Made by a program: the position numbers and the translations under genes. Positions 1 through 11,100 of a stretch of DNA of 64,000 nucleotides are shown piece after piece. The DNA comes from an uncultured bacterium (lineage in GTDB: Bacteria; Zixibacteria; MSB-5A5; CAIYYT01), in the NCBI GenBank assembly GCA_963726455.1, contig CAVSCK010000005.1, forward strand, positions 416,001-480,000, read 5' to 3'. Position 1 is the first letter of the stretch, and each line of letters opens with the position of its first letter. The notes below the pieces were generated by a model, which did no database searches, was not told where the DNA came from, and saw only the letters and a list, made by a program, of their open reading frames with translations.

Positions 1-654
1 TATCGAATTATTCCCACCGGCGCGCATGTCGAATGGTACCTGATAGCCAACTTGCCCGACAATGATCTTTCACCGTGCGCATTGAATTACTGCCTTAAAT
101 ATGAATTCGGCTGTGATTCTGTTCAGTTGCCGTCGCTTTTGCTGGACACGGCACAGATCAATCGTGGTTTCTCGCGTGACACCGAGAAAGCGCGCGCCCT
201 GTTTGCCCAGATCAAGCCGGGACATGATGCTCGCTGGTGTCTTCCCGATGCCGCTATGTTTCCGCAAACTGCCAGCCGAATTTCGAAACGAGTTCAGGAA
301 TGCGGAGGCCGAATTGATTGCCGTTCAGAGCGTTTGCCTTCCAACGTCGGCATCACACTGCGGTGGAGTCTGCAGCCCGACGCCGACAGTATCGGGTTGG
401 CCTTAGCCGATGAACACATGATCTTGATGCAAGATGGCTACAAGCTGCTCAGCACGGCTGCCGGTTATCCTGATTCGTGCAAGAATCAGAGTTGGGCCGC
501 GTGCGAGAAACCGTTCGGTGAATGGATTTCACGCGAATGCCGATTTGTACCGCTGGGTAGAATTGAAATGATCGCACTCGTGCGGCAGGACATGCAGCAA
601 ATCGCCGATCGGGCGGGACATTTTTCGGCAACCTATTTCTACAGGTCCAAATGA
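1..654 (+). CDS. Hypothetical protein, 5'-truncated by the window edge
   Basis: Frame is open from base 1 (YRIIPTGAHVEW...). Its stop overlaps the kinase start (ATGA). No recognisable motif. Confidence 0.6.
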   Translation, partial: YRIIPTGAHVEWYLIANLPDNDLSPCALNYCLKYEFGCDSVQLPSLLLDTAQINRGFSRDTEKARALFAQIKPGHDARWCLPDAAMFPQTASRISKRVQECGGRIDCRSERLPSNVGITLRWSLQPDADSIGLALADEHMILMQDGYKLLSTAAGYPDSCKNQSWAACEKPFGEWISRECRFVPLGRIEMIALVRQDMQQIADRAGHFSATYFYRSK

Positions 655-2381
655 ATATGAAGCTTGCTACTAAGTTGATTTCCGGTTTTCTGCTTGTCTC
701 GCTCGTGCCGCTGTTAATCATGTCGCTGCTGCTTTATCTCTTTGTCGATCGCAACACCGAATCGGAGTTCGCTGACAAGTCTGACATCGGTGTGTCGACC
801 TTCCGCAGCTACATGGGGGATCAGCTCACGTCACTGGAGAAAGCGGCGAATGGCCTGTCACAGGACAAAGATTTTCTGATTGACGTGCTCGACTTGTCGA
901 AGCGTGAAGCCGACCTGACCGGCTATCTGGAAAATAGGATTGGCGCCGGCGATTTCCAATTTGCGCTGATACGTCTGAAAAATTCGCAGGGTGTGTTCAA
1001 ATCCTATGAGGACGGTCTGGCGGATATCATTGGCGGCTACCAATTCCCCGAAAGCAAAGACGGCTTGCAGAGCGGCAGTACCGGACTGGTCAAATTATCT
1101 TCCGATCGCAACAACTCGGTCGCAGCAATTGCCACGCTGCCGGTATTCTATCAGGACCAGCCGGTCTGCGAACTGATGATCGGCCGTATGTTGACGACGA
1201 TGGCAGCCAACTATCGCCTTGAACGTTCAGGATTGGCCGCATTGCTGGTGACCGGCGGTGATAGAATCCTATTTGCTAATGCTGACTCACTGCTGCTCCC
1301 GGAGATCAGCAGGTTCAAGGTTCCGGCCTCTGACGAGACGGCCTGGAAGGCAACCCTTGCCGACCATGACTACTACGTCCGCCAGACCCAAATTCTGGGA
1401 CTCGATGGGAAACCAGTAGCGGCAATCGTCTACCTGTTCGATCAAAGTGAACTTGTGTCCAGTAAGGCGCATCTGTTGCGAATTTTCGGTCTGTTGGTGG
1501 TCCTGGCACTGCTGATGTCGCTGGCGCTCGGGTATTTCTATTCGCGCTCGATCTCAAGGCCGATATTGGACATGTCGCGCGCAGCCAGGCAAATCGCGTC
1601 GGGCGCCGTTCCTGAGAAGATCATTTATTTCTCCGGGGACGAGATCAGCGATCTGGCGGCGGGGATTAATCGGCTCACGGAAGATCTCAAGACTACGGAA
1701 ATCAAATTGCGCCGCTCCGAACAAGTCGCGGCCTGGCAAATGTTCGCGCGCCAGACAGCGCATGAGATCAAGAATTTCCTGATGCCGGTTACAACCACGG
1801 TCGGCGCACTGCAACGCGCCGCCGATGCCGGGCAACTTGACAAGGCGCGGATCGACGATGCCGTGCGCAACATCCAGGTGGAAGTAATGCGTATGAAGCA
1901 ACTGCTGGGCGCGTTTGTCGAGTTCGCGAAATTGCCGGCGCCGACCTTCGAGCATTTGCGCGCCTCCATTATTGTGGGTGACTTGAAAGATACGTTCGCG
2001 GAGCAACTGCGAAACGGCACACTGCATATCAGTGTGGGCGATCAGTTGCCCCGGCTCGAATACGACCGCAATCAGATTCGGCAAGTACTTCTGAATTTGG
2101 TCAGCAACAGCTTCGAAGCGAACGCTTCGGTAGTTGAAGTGAAAATCTCCACCAACGGTGAAAAGATCAATTTCGAAATCGTCGATGACGGCGAGGGATT
2201 CAAACTCGCGCCCGGAATTGATCCGTTCACGCCGTTGTACACCACCAAGAGCGGTGGCAGCGGTTTGGGGCTGGCGATCTGCCGACGCATCATTGTCGAT
2301 CATGGCGGTGACATCACTTATCAGCCCAATCCGACCGGTGGCACCGCGTTCCACTTCCATCTGCCGATGGAGAAGGGTTAG
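651..2381 (+). CDS. HAMP-domain sensor histidine kinase (NtrY-like)
   Basis: Two TM segments, HAMP, H-box ARQTAHEIKN, N-box NLVSNS, G-boxes DDGEG and GSGLGL. Confidence 0.92.
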   Translation: MNMKLATKLISGFLLVSLVPLLIMSLLLYLFVDRNTESEFADKSDIGVSTFRSYMGDQLTSLEKAANGLSQDKDFLIDVLDLSKREADLTGYLENRIGAGDFQFALIRLKNSQGVFKSYEDGLADIIGGYQFPESKDGLQSGSTGLVKLSSDRNNSVAAIATLPVFYQDQPVCELMIGRMLTTMAANYRLERSGLAALLVTGGDRILFANADSLLLPEISRFKVPASDETAWKATLADHDYYVRQTQILGLDGKPVAAIVYLFDQSELVSSKAHLLRIFGLLVVLALLMSLALGYFYSRSISRPILDMSRAARQIASGAVPEKIIYFSGDEISDLAAGINRLTEDLKTTEIKLRRSEQVAAWQMFARQTAHEIKNFLMPVTTTVGALQRAADAGQLDKARIDDAVRNIQVEVMRMKQLLGAFVEFAKLPAPTFEHLRASIIVGDLKDTFAEQLRNGTLHISVGDQLPRLEYDRNQIRQVLLNLVSNSFEANASVVEVKISTNGEKINFEIVDDGEGFKLAPGIDPFTPLYTTKSGGSGLGLAICRRIIVDHGGDITYQPNPTGGTAFHFHLPMEKG

Positions 2382-2382
2382 T

Positions 2383-3726
2383 ATGGCAAAGGTGCGACTG
2401 TTGCTCGTTGACGATGATATTCGAATTCGCACCACATTATCGAGTTACCTGCGCGACAGCGGCTTTAATGTGGTAACCGCAGGCAGCGTTGCCGAGGCGC
2501 GCAAGCTCAACAATGGCAATATCGACTTGGCGCTGCTCGATCTGGTATTGCCTGATGCAACCGGTATTGACCTGCTGGCGGAAATCCGACAGGCATTTCC
2601 CAACCAGGCAGTGGTGATGATATCAGGCGAGGCGACTCTTTCTGATGCCGTTAAAGCGATCAAACTGGGCGCGGTGGATTTCCTCGAAAAACCGGTGAGC
2701 CCCGAAAAAGTTGAAATCACAATCAACAACGCGCTACGTCTGATATCACTCGATCGCAAGTTACAGATCGACCAGCAGAATCTTCTGGACAGGCATTCGC
2801 TGATCGGTGACTCACCGGCGATTCAGGAAGTGCGGGCACAAATTGGCGCAGTCAGCAGAACTGATTCCGCGGTGCTGTTGTTGGGCGAATCAGGAACCGG
2901 CAAGGAGGTCGCAGCCAATCTGATTCATCTCAAGAGCGATCGCCATGACCAACCATTTGTGGCCGTAAATGCCGCGGCCGTTCCACAGGAATTGCTCGAA
3001 TCGGAAATGTTCGGCCATGAAAAGGGCGCTTTCACCGGCGCCACTCAACGACGAATCGGCAGGTTCGAACAGGCGGCCGGAGGAACGCTATTTCTCGACG
3101 AGATCGCCGAGATGCCGCCGGCATTGCAGGCAAAATTGCTGCGCGTGTTGGAGGAGCGGAAGATTGAGCGCGTCGGCAGCGATCATTCCATCGATGTAAA
3201 CTTCCGCTTGATCTGCGCCACAAACCGCAACCTGCAGGAAGAAATCAAGCGCGGACGTTTCCGCAATGATCTGTTCTTCCGCATCAATGTTTTCGCAATT
3301 ACGCTGCCGCCGCTGCGCGAAATCCCGCAGGATATTGAGATGATCGCTCGACATCACTTGCAGCGCCTTTGCGTAAAGATGGGTATTCAGGGTGTCTCGC
3401 TCAGTAAGGAGACAATCGCAGAACTCAAAGGTTACAGTTTTCCAGGCAATGTGCGTGAGTTACGAAATATCATAGAGCACTTGCTGATTACGCGCAAGTC
3501 GGGAGAATTGACTGCGACGAATCTGTCGCAGTTACTGCAGAGAGTCGGTGCATCGAAGAATGATCTGAGCTTGAAAGATGCCGTTGCCCAGTTCGAAAGT
3601 GAATACATCACTTCTATTCTCGAGCGTTCCCAAGGCAACGTTACCAAAGCCGCAGAAATTCTCGGGCTCGATCGGAGCTATCTATATCGTAAGATGCGTT
3701 CTCTTGGATTCGATGAGGAGCCCTAG
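2383..3726 (+). CDS. Sigma-54-dependent response regulator (NtrC/NtrX family)
   Basis: REC domain (LLVDDD...LLDLVLPD), Walker A GESGTGKE, GAFTGA, LFLDEI, C-terminal Fis HTH. ATG at 2383 follows the kinase stop. Confidence 0.95.
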   Translation: MAKVRLLLVDDDIRIRTTLSSYLRDSGFNVVTAGSVAEARKLNNGNIDLALLDLVLPDATGIDLLAEIRQAFPNQAVVMISGEATLSDAVKAIKLGAVDFLEKPVSPEKVEITINNALRLISLDRKLQIDQQNLLDRHSLIGDSPAIQEVRAQIGAVSRTDSAVLLLGESGTGKEVAANLIHLKSDRHDQPFVAVNAAAVPQELLESEMFGHEKGAFTGATQRRIGRFEQAAGGTLFLDEIAEMPPALQAKLLRVLEERKIERVGSDHSIDVNFRLICATNRNLQEEIKRGRFRNDLFFRINVFAITLPPLREIPQDIEMIARHHLQRLCVKMGIQGVSLSKETIAELKGYSFPGNVRELRNIIEHLLITRKSGELTATNLSQLLQRVGASKNDLSLKDAVAQFESEYITSILERSQGNVTKAAEILGLDRSYLYRKMRSLGFDEEP

Positions 3727-3770
3727 CCGCAAATCGTTCGAATCAGTTCGAAAATACAAATCAGAGGATT

Positions 3771-3796
3771 GTCGTTCTGCAAAAGCGGGAATCCAG
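3771..3796. repeat. Degenerate short palindromic intergenic repeat resembling the GTCATTCCCGCGAAAGCGGGAATCCAG type
   Basis: GTCGTTCTGCAAAAGCGGGAATCCAG between convergent genes. Family assignment is by recalled resemblance only. Confidence 0.35.
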
Positions 3797-4939
3797 TTAC
3801 TTACCCCCCACTACCTCACGATAGAGTCCGATCATTTTCGCAGCGGTCTTGTCGTCGCGGAAACGCTGAACGTAAGCATAGCCATCTTCCCGCATCTTCT
3901 GATTCAGCGCGTGGTCTTCCAGCACGCGAGTGATCGCTTCAGCCAATTCGCGTTCGTCCTGTGGATCAATATAAATGCTGGTCGGTCCGCCCGCTTCGGC
4001 AAAACATGATCCAACCGAAGTTATCACCGGGCACTTGCTCCAGAGCGCTTCTGTAATGGGAATACCAAAACCTTCGAACAGCGACGGCAGCACAAATGCG
4101 GATGCCATTTGATAAATTGCCGGGAAATCCACAAAGGCAACGTCAGTTAAGAATTGCACGCGGTCAGTCAACTTCTTAGCCTGGATGAAGTCGAGCACTT
4201 CCTGCTTATAGCCACGGCCGCGACCGATCACCACCAGATGCGATTCAAGCCCCTTTTCCAATGAAGTCAACGCCTGTACCAGCCCCAGCAGATTCTTGCG
4301 GCGTTCAATCGTGCCGACGTAAAGCAGATAATGACGGGGAAGCTTATACTTTTCGCGTACTTGTTTCTTGAGGGTATCGTCTGCGGGTGTGTAGAAGATC
4401 GGATCGCAACTTTGATAGACAACGCTGATGCGTGCGGCATCCACATTCAAAAGGCCGATCAAATCCTGCCGGGTCTGTTCACTGACGGCCACAATCTTGT
4501 CGGCCACACGGCAGGCGTATTCAACTTTCGAGCGATAGATGCGCCGGTCGATCCGCGAGTAGAGTTCGGGGTAGCGCAGGAAAATCAAGTCGTGAATCGT
4601 AACCACTGACTTCGCGCCTGAACCGACAACGGCATACGGTAGTTCATTACTCAAGCCATGAAAAAGTTCAATCCCATCATTGCGCAGACTGCGATTTACT
4701 AAATAAGACCTCCAGAGCGGTTTGAAAGTGCGCGACATTATGCCTTTCGGCGTTCGCACGGTGATGTTCCTGGATTTCTCGATGAATTCCAGGCGCGGGT
4801 GTTGTTGATAACCGGGAGAGTAAAGCAGGTATTGATTGTCGGGATAGAAGCGGCTCAACGACTGCAACAACGTCCGGCTGTAATTGCCCAGACCGGTCAT
4901 ATTGAAGACCGCCCTCTTGCCGTCAAATCCGATTTTCAT
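3797..4939 (-). CDS. Glycosyltransferase family 4 (GT-B)
   Basis: VVTIHDL, YVGTIERRKN and PSLFEGFGIPITEA (EX7E) motifs. Confidence 0.93.
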   Translation of the reverse strand: MKIGFDGKRAVFNMTGLGNYSRTLLQSLSRFYPDNQYLLYSPGYQQHPRLEFIEKSRNITVRTPKGIMSRTFKPLWRSYLVNRSLRNDGIELFHGLSNELPYAVVGSGAKSVVTIHDLIFLRYPELYSRIDRRIYRSKVEYACRVADKIVAVSEQTRQDLIGLLNVDAARISVVYQSCDPIFYTPADDTLKKQVREKYKLPRHYLLYVGTIERRKNLLGLVQALTSLEKGLESHLVVIGRGRGYKQEVLDFIQAKKLTDRVQFLTDVAFVDFPAIYQMASAFVLPSLFEGFGIPITEALWSKCPVITSVGSCFAEAGGPTSIYIDPQDERELAEAITRVLEDHALNQKMREDGYAYVQRFRDDKTAAKMIGLYREVVGGK

Positions 4940-5041
4940 GCGCCGTCAGGATAACCTTCAGCAACGTCGATGTCAACAATCTCCGGTCCAGCCGCCTCGT
5001 TCCTTGTTGCTTTGAGCGGCGTCAAGCGATTACTTGAGCAA

Positions 5042-5979
5042 ATGCCGAAAGCGTCAGAGCATATCCGCAAAGTTGCCGTGATAGGTACTATCAATCGTGA
5101 CACCGTCATTCGCGCGGATGGAACGCGACATGAAGGTTATGGCGGTATCCTATACAATCTTGCTGCGCTTTCGGCACTGGCTCCGGAAAATGCCGTTATC
5201 TTCCCGGTCGTCAATATTGGCACCGATTGCGCCAAACAAATTCTGAGGCAATTGCACAGTCTGCGGCGCCTTAACCTTGAAGCAGCGCGTCTAGTCGACC
5301 GACCCAACAACCACTGCTTGCTCCGATATTCGGACGCGACCAACAAGACAGAAATGCTCACAGGTTGGGTCGGGGGTGTCAGTCGAGCGCAACTGAAGAC
5401 TGTCACCGACTCCGACTTAATCCACGTCAATTTCATTTCCGGTGCTGATATCAGCGGCAATAACCTGCGCTGGCTTAGGGGTCAGGCGCGCGGAATTATC
5501 ATGATGGATTTTCATTCCCGCACGTTGGGGAGGCATCGCGACGGACGACGCTATTTGCGACGCCCGCCCGACTGGCGAGATTATCTGGCGTGCGCGGATA
5601 TCGTCCAGATGAATGAAATCGAATTCCAATTATTGAGCGGCCTTCAAGTTGGTGAAACCGCTTGCCGTGAGTTCATGGCGCGCGCGCTGCAAGATTCGCA
5701 ATGTCTGATTGTCACTTGCGGCGTGACGGTTGCCTGTTGACCTGGCGCGAGAGGAGGCAACTGATTACTCGTTATATCGGTGCGCCAAAATCGAAGAGAG
5801 TTGTTGATACTACCGGCTGCGGCGATATCTTTTCCGGCGGCTTTATTGCCAATTATCTGAAAACCGGTGATATTTCCAAGGCCGCACAGTATGCAACTGA
5901 GCTTGCGAATTGGCGTACCGGCTTCCCGGACTTCTTTACGGCGGATATTGCAGCTTTTTCTCGGCGAAATCGGCCGTAG
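5042..5979 (+). CDS. PfkB-family carbohydrate kinase, split by an apparent 1-nt deletion near 5720
   Basis: N-part has GYGGILYN and QMNEIE. The second frame has the PfkB signature VDTTGCGDIFSGGF. Confidence 0.8.
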
Positions 5980-6037
5980 CGAAACTTCTCGGCAGGAGCC
6001 ACGTACTTAAGAAGGAAGCTAGGAGCATAATCGACGC

Positions 6038-7855
6038 ATGTTGACAGCCAGAGAACAGAAACGGCTCTATTCACTGATCCTCGCCACAATTACATTCCTT
6101 TCGTCATCAATCGCGACCGCGGGCAGCGAACGTATCTTCAGAATCGATGCTTTCCGCAACGGCGAATTGTTTTGCCGCGGCCTCAAGATACCCAAGCAGA
6201 CGACTATCGATATCCACGCCATCGGCGCCGGCTCCGTGTTTCAGAAAGACCGGATGGCCGCCTATGGCTGGATCATTCGCTCGGGATCGCTGGAGCCGTT
6301 CTGGGAAATGTCGATTGACAATACCGAACAATATCATCATGACAAGTATCTGCGCGAATACAAGAGTTCACTGGAGTTGGAACCGGGCGATTATGAATTC
6401 TACTACTATGCCGGTTCGCCTTCGATGCTGTCAGGATTTACCCTGAATCTCGACGACATCGAAAAGGCACTGGAAAAGATCAAGGAGAAAGTCTCCGGCA
6501 GCGGCAAGGGCTATGAAGGCAAGATCATAATCAACGGTGATGATTTTGATCTGGGAGATAAGAATCGCGTAGAGGACAAGATCGTAGACGAATATTCCTT
6601 CGAGGTCACCAGCGACACCAAAGACATTTCCCGGATTGAGTGCGCTTACCGTTCGGACCGCGTCGTGGCCGAAATTCTTCAACCGCGAAACGAGTTGTAT
6701 GCATCGGTCGGTTTTACACTGCTGCAACCGCTGGAACTTGAAATTGCCGCGCTTGGCGAGAACGCCGGTGGCTCGGAGGATTTCGCTGACTACGGCTGGA
6801 TTATCAATGCCGAAACCCGCAAACGGGTCTGGTCAATGACCGAAGAGACCACGGATCCCGCCGGCGGCGCTGAAAAGAACCGGAAGGTCGTCGATCGCGT
6901 CAATCTTCCCAAGGGAAATTATCTTCTATATTACGTCACCGATGATTCCCACACCTTCGACGACTGGAACGCCGCACCGCCTTACAATCCGCAGGCATAC
7001 GGCATACGCCTTAACGCTCCGCGCAAAGAGGACCTCAAGAACGTCAAACCGTATCAGGATGCTTATTCGCAGGCGTCGTTGATTGCGATAACGCGCGCGG
7101 GTGATGATTTCTTCGAGACCAAGCCATTCAAAGTGAGCAAGGATTGCGATGTGCGAGTTTATTCGATCGGAGAATACTCGGAGGGAAGCGATGCTTTTGT
7201 TGATTATGGTTGGATCGAGCGCGAAGGCGATGAGGAACCGTTCTGGCAGATGAGCAGGGTGAACACTGAGCATGCCGGCGGCGCCAGCAAGAACCGCTTG
7301 TTTGACGGTGTCGTACACTTGACGGCAGGCAGTTACGTGCTGGGATACGTCACCGATGATTCGCACGCCTATGGCGATTGGAATAGCTCGCCTCCGTACG
7401 ATCAGAAGAACTACGGCGTCAGTGTCTTCGCAGTCGGCAAGTCATTTGATCCCGCTATCGTCAAGGAGCTACCGGCAGAAACGGCGTCCGGAAACGTACT
7501 GGCCAAGATCGCTTACGTTGGTGACGACGCCGACGAGGAAAAGAGTTTTGTCCTCGACAAGCCTACCCGCGTGCACATTGTTGCGCTCGGTGAAGGAGTC
7601 GGCGGCGATATGGCTGATTACGGCTGGATTGAGACGATGCCGGGGGAAGATATCGTTTGGGAGATGACTTATCGCAAGACTAAGTGGGCGGGCGGCGCCG
7701 ACAAGAACCGTATAGTTGACACGATCATTATGCTGGATGCCGGCAAGTACCGCGCGCGGTATGTCTCCGACGGCAGCCACTCTTTCGGCAGTTGGAATGC
7801 CGAGCCCCCACGCAATCCCCAAAAATGGGGAATCACCGTCACCAAAGCAGAATAA
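6038..7855 (+). CDS. Secreted hypothetical protein with four internal ~145-aa repeats (first one partial)
   Basis: Signal peptide. Repeated DYGWI...W.M....AGGA.KNR...G.Y...YVTDDSH...WN..PP blocks. Confidence 0.85.
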   Translation: MLTAREQKRLYSLILATITFLSSSIATAGSERIFRIDAFRNGELFCRGLKIPKQTTIDIHAIGAGSVFQKDRMAAYGWIIRSGSLEPFWEMSIDNTEQYHHDKYLREYKSSLELEPGDYEFYYYAGSPSMLSGFTLNLDDIEKALEKIKEKVSGSGKGYEGKIIINGDDFDLGDKNRVEDKIVDEYSFEVTSDTKDISRIECAYRSDRVVAEILQPRNELYASVGFTLLQPLELEIAALGENAGGSEDFADYGWIINAETRKRVWSMTEETTDPAGGAEKNRKVVDRVNLPKGNYLLYYVTDDSHTFDDWNAAPPYNPQAYGIRLNAPRKEDLKNVKPYQDAYSQASLIAITRAGDDFFETKPFKVSKDCDVRVYSIGEYSEGSDAFVDYGWIEREGDEEPFWQMSRVNTEHAGGASKNRLFDGVVHLTAGSYVLGYVTDDSHAYGDWNSSPPYDQKNYGVSVFAVGKSFDPAIVKELPAETASGNVLAKIAYVGDDADEEKSFVLDKPTRVHIVALGEGVGGDMADYGWIETMPGEDIVWEMTYRKTKWAGGADKNRIVDTIIMLDAGKYRARYVSDGSHSFGSWNAEPPRNPQKWGITVTKAE

Positions 7856-7950
7856 CACCACCTGCCTTACGTTCTTGATTGCCGAATACAATCAAGATTA
7901 TGTTTATCCGCATTCTCATCGATTAGAACCACGTAAGTTAAAGCTATATA

Positions 7951-7980
7951 TTGACAAATCCGAAAAATTCGGCATATTGT
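7951..7980 (+). promoter_or_regulatory. Putative sigma-70 promoter of the C25 peptidase gene
   Basis: TTGACA at 7951 with TATTGT 18 nt downstream, in AT-rich intergenic DNA. Confidence 0.45.
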
Positions 7981-8143
7981 CGTTCAGAATAGGACAACAC
8001 GCTTCGCGATTGGTACTGCACCGTATGCCATCGAGCACGCACGTTTGTACATTTTTTCATTCCTGCGAAAAGCGCCGTTCTACAAAAACATCCCGAAAAA
8101 AAATAACGAGCATAATCTCTGCCACCCGAGCGAAAGGATCACA

Positions 8144-11100
8144 ATGCGTCTTCGATCTTTGCTAACGCTTATATTGTTACTGCGTTTGGCCGCCGGCGCC
8201 AATGCTGAGCGGGTAGTTCTGAACGGAAACGCCGACGATGTCAGCGTGCAGGTTCAGGAATCCAACGCCATGCGAACCGTAATTCGGTTCGAAGTCAACG
8301 CCTTCGATCGAAACGCGTTGAACGTCAACGGGGGAATCTACTATTCGATTACTTGCGGCAAAGAGGCGCTATTCCTCAATGCCGGAGAACCGGCACTGCC
8401 GCATGTTAACCGCAGTATCGTTATTCCCAATGACGCGCAGATGGCGGTCAGGGTGATATCGTCCGAATACCGCGATTTTGAGGCGACGCCCGTGGAACCG
8501 TCGAAAGGCAACCTGCTGCGCACGGTCGATCCCAAAGACGTGCCCTACACCTTTGGAAACGTCTATACTTCCGCAAATCCATATCCGTCCGAGCAGGCCA
8601 CCGGCGGTGATCCATATATTATGAGAGACTATCGCGCGATGGTAGTCGAGGCCAATCCTTTCCAATACCTGCCCGACACCAAGACACTGAGAGTCTATAC
8701 CTCACTGGTAGTCGAGGTCACGAATGTCGGCGTGAGCAATGTCAACGTGCTGACCCGTAACCGGACTGAACATGGGCTGGTACCGGAATTCGAACAAATC
8801 TATCAGCGCCGTTTCATTAACTACGATTACCAGACCGACCGCTATGTGCCACTGCAGGAAAGCGGCGACATGCTGATCATCACCTATGATGCCTTCGCAG
8901 GTACGATGCAGCCCTTTGTGGACTGGAAACGTCAAAAAGGCATCAAGACCCGCATGGTCAACGTGTCGACGATCGGCAATACCTCAACCGCAATCAAAGC
9001 GTTCGTGCAGGCCTATTTCGACACGACCGATCTGGCCTGGCTATTATTGGTCGGCGACAACGTTCAAATTGCCACTCCGTTCGCTTCCGGAGGCGCCTCC
9101 GATCCGTCGTATGCCAAACTTGTCGGCAGCGACAATTATCCTGACATCTTCGTGGGACGTTTCTCCGCAGAGACAGCCCCACAGGCGCAAACTCAGGTTC
9201 AGCGCACGATCACGTATGAACAAGGTCCACCGACAGGTGATTGGCTCAATAAGGGAATGGGTGTGGCCTCGGATCAGGGACCGGGACATGCGGGTGGTGA
9301 GTACGACTACCAGCACATGAATAATATCCGTACCGATCTGCTGGCTCACGGTTACACGACAGTAGATCAAGTATACGATCCGGGTGCTAATGCCACAATG
9401 GTGGCGACTGGAGTCAATTCGGGACGAAGTTTCATTAACTATACCGGCCACGGTGCGACGACTAGTTGGACAACTTCCGGTTTCTCGAACAGCAACGTTG
9501 CTTCTCTTACCAATGTCAACAAGCTGCCTTTCATTATCAGCGTTGCTTGCGTCAATGGTGAGTTCGACGGACTGACCTGTTTTGCTGAGGCCTGGCTGCG
9601 CGCCACCAGCGGCGGCAATCCGACCGGCGCATTGGCCTGCTACATGTCCTCGATCAACCAGTCATGGAATCCGCCAATGGACGCGCAGGATGAGGCGACG
9701 GACCTGCTGATAAACAACTTAATGAATACCTTTGGCGGCATCTGCTTCAATAGCTCGTCGAAGATGATCGACCTGAACGGGGCCGGTGGCGTGGAAATGT
9801 ACGACACCTGGCACATCTTTGGTGATCCGTCAGTCCAATTGCGTACTCAGCCGCCGACGCCGATGACGATTGATCACGCTCCAGCGATCTTCTTCGCGTC
9901 GCCGTCCTACCAATTGTCGATACCGGGCGTTCCGAAAGCGTTGTGCGCTTTGTATACGAACGGCGTGCTCTACGGCGCCGCTTATACCGATGCGCAGGGA
10001 AATGCAACCATCAATATCAGTCCGATGTTGCCGGTGGGAGGCCAGATATTCCTCACCGTCACGGCTTATAACAAGGTCACTTTCATTGACACACTGGACA
10101 TAACCGCCGATCTGGCGATCTTGCACACGCCACTTTCTGACACCAAGAACGCCATCACTCCATACAGGGTGGATGCCACGATATACTCCAGCGCCCCGCT
10201 GAAAGCGGAATCACTGCTGGTCTATTATCAAGTGGGCAGCACCTGGTATCAGGACACTCTGGAAACAACGACGCCGGAGAATCATTTTGTCGGTTACATC
10301 CCGCCGCAAGCGGCCGGTTCGACTATCAATTATTACCTGTTCGGCGCCAATACCGCCGGCAAGGCCGACACCACGGATGTTTACACGTTCCACGTGATTG
10401 ACTACGCTCTGGTGCTTGATCCCCTCGCTGCACATGAGACAGCTCCGGTAAATGACACGGTATGGTATTCGCTCAATGTAAAGAACGACGGTGCACTGAC
10501 TGACAGCTATGATCTTGCGACTCTGAGTTCCAGTTGGAACACGTCCATCTGGGATTCGGGTATCACGTCGGTAATCAGTTCGATTGGACCGTTGATCTCA
10601 GGACTGGAAAGCAATTTCAAGGTTCGAGTCATTGTACCGCAAGTGCCCAACGGCGCCTCGGATATTGCCCAGATCAAAGTGACTTCACAGGGCAAGCCGA
10701 CCGTTTCGGCTCAGGCAACCTTGCAGACCTTCTCTGCCGGTCAACCGCTCGCCATACCGTTCACGGACGAATTCGCGAGCACGACCGTCGATACGGTGAA
10801 ATGGGAGAAGATAGCCGGTGTGACCGTCGATACGCGCTCGATCGGTGCGCCGTCAGCGCCGTATGCGCTTAATCTCAACGGATCACCGAGCGGCGCCGAC
10901 ACGCTGGAATCCGACCAGATCAATCTCCGCAATTACTCCGGCGTGCTGGTAACCTATTATTACGAGAAGAAGGGCAGTGGCAGTGCTCCCGGACCCGGCA
11001 ACGATTTGTTTGTCGAGTATCTCAACAACGTCGGTACCTGGCGACTGCTGCGGCAACATCTCGGCTCCGAAGCCGACATGACGGCCTTCACGAGAGTTCA

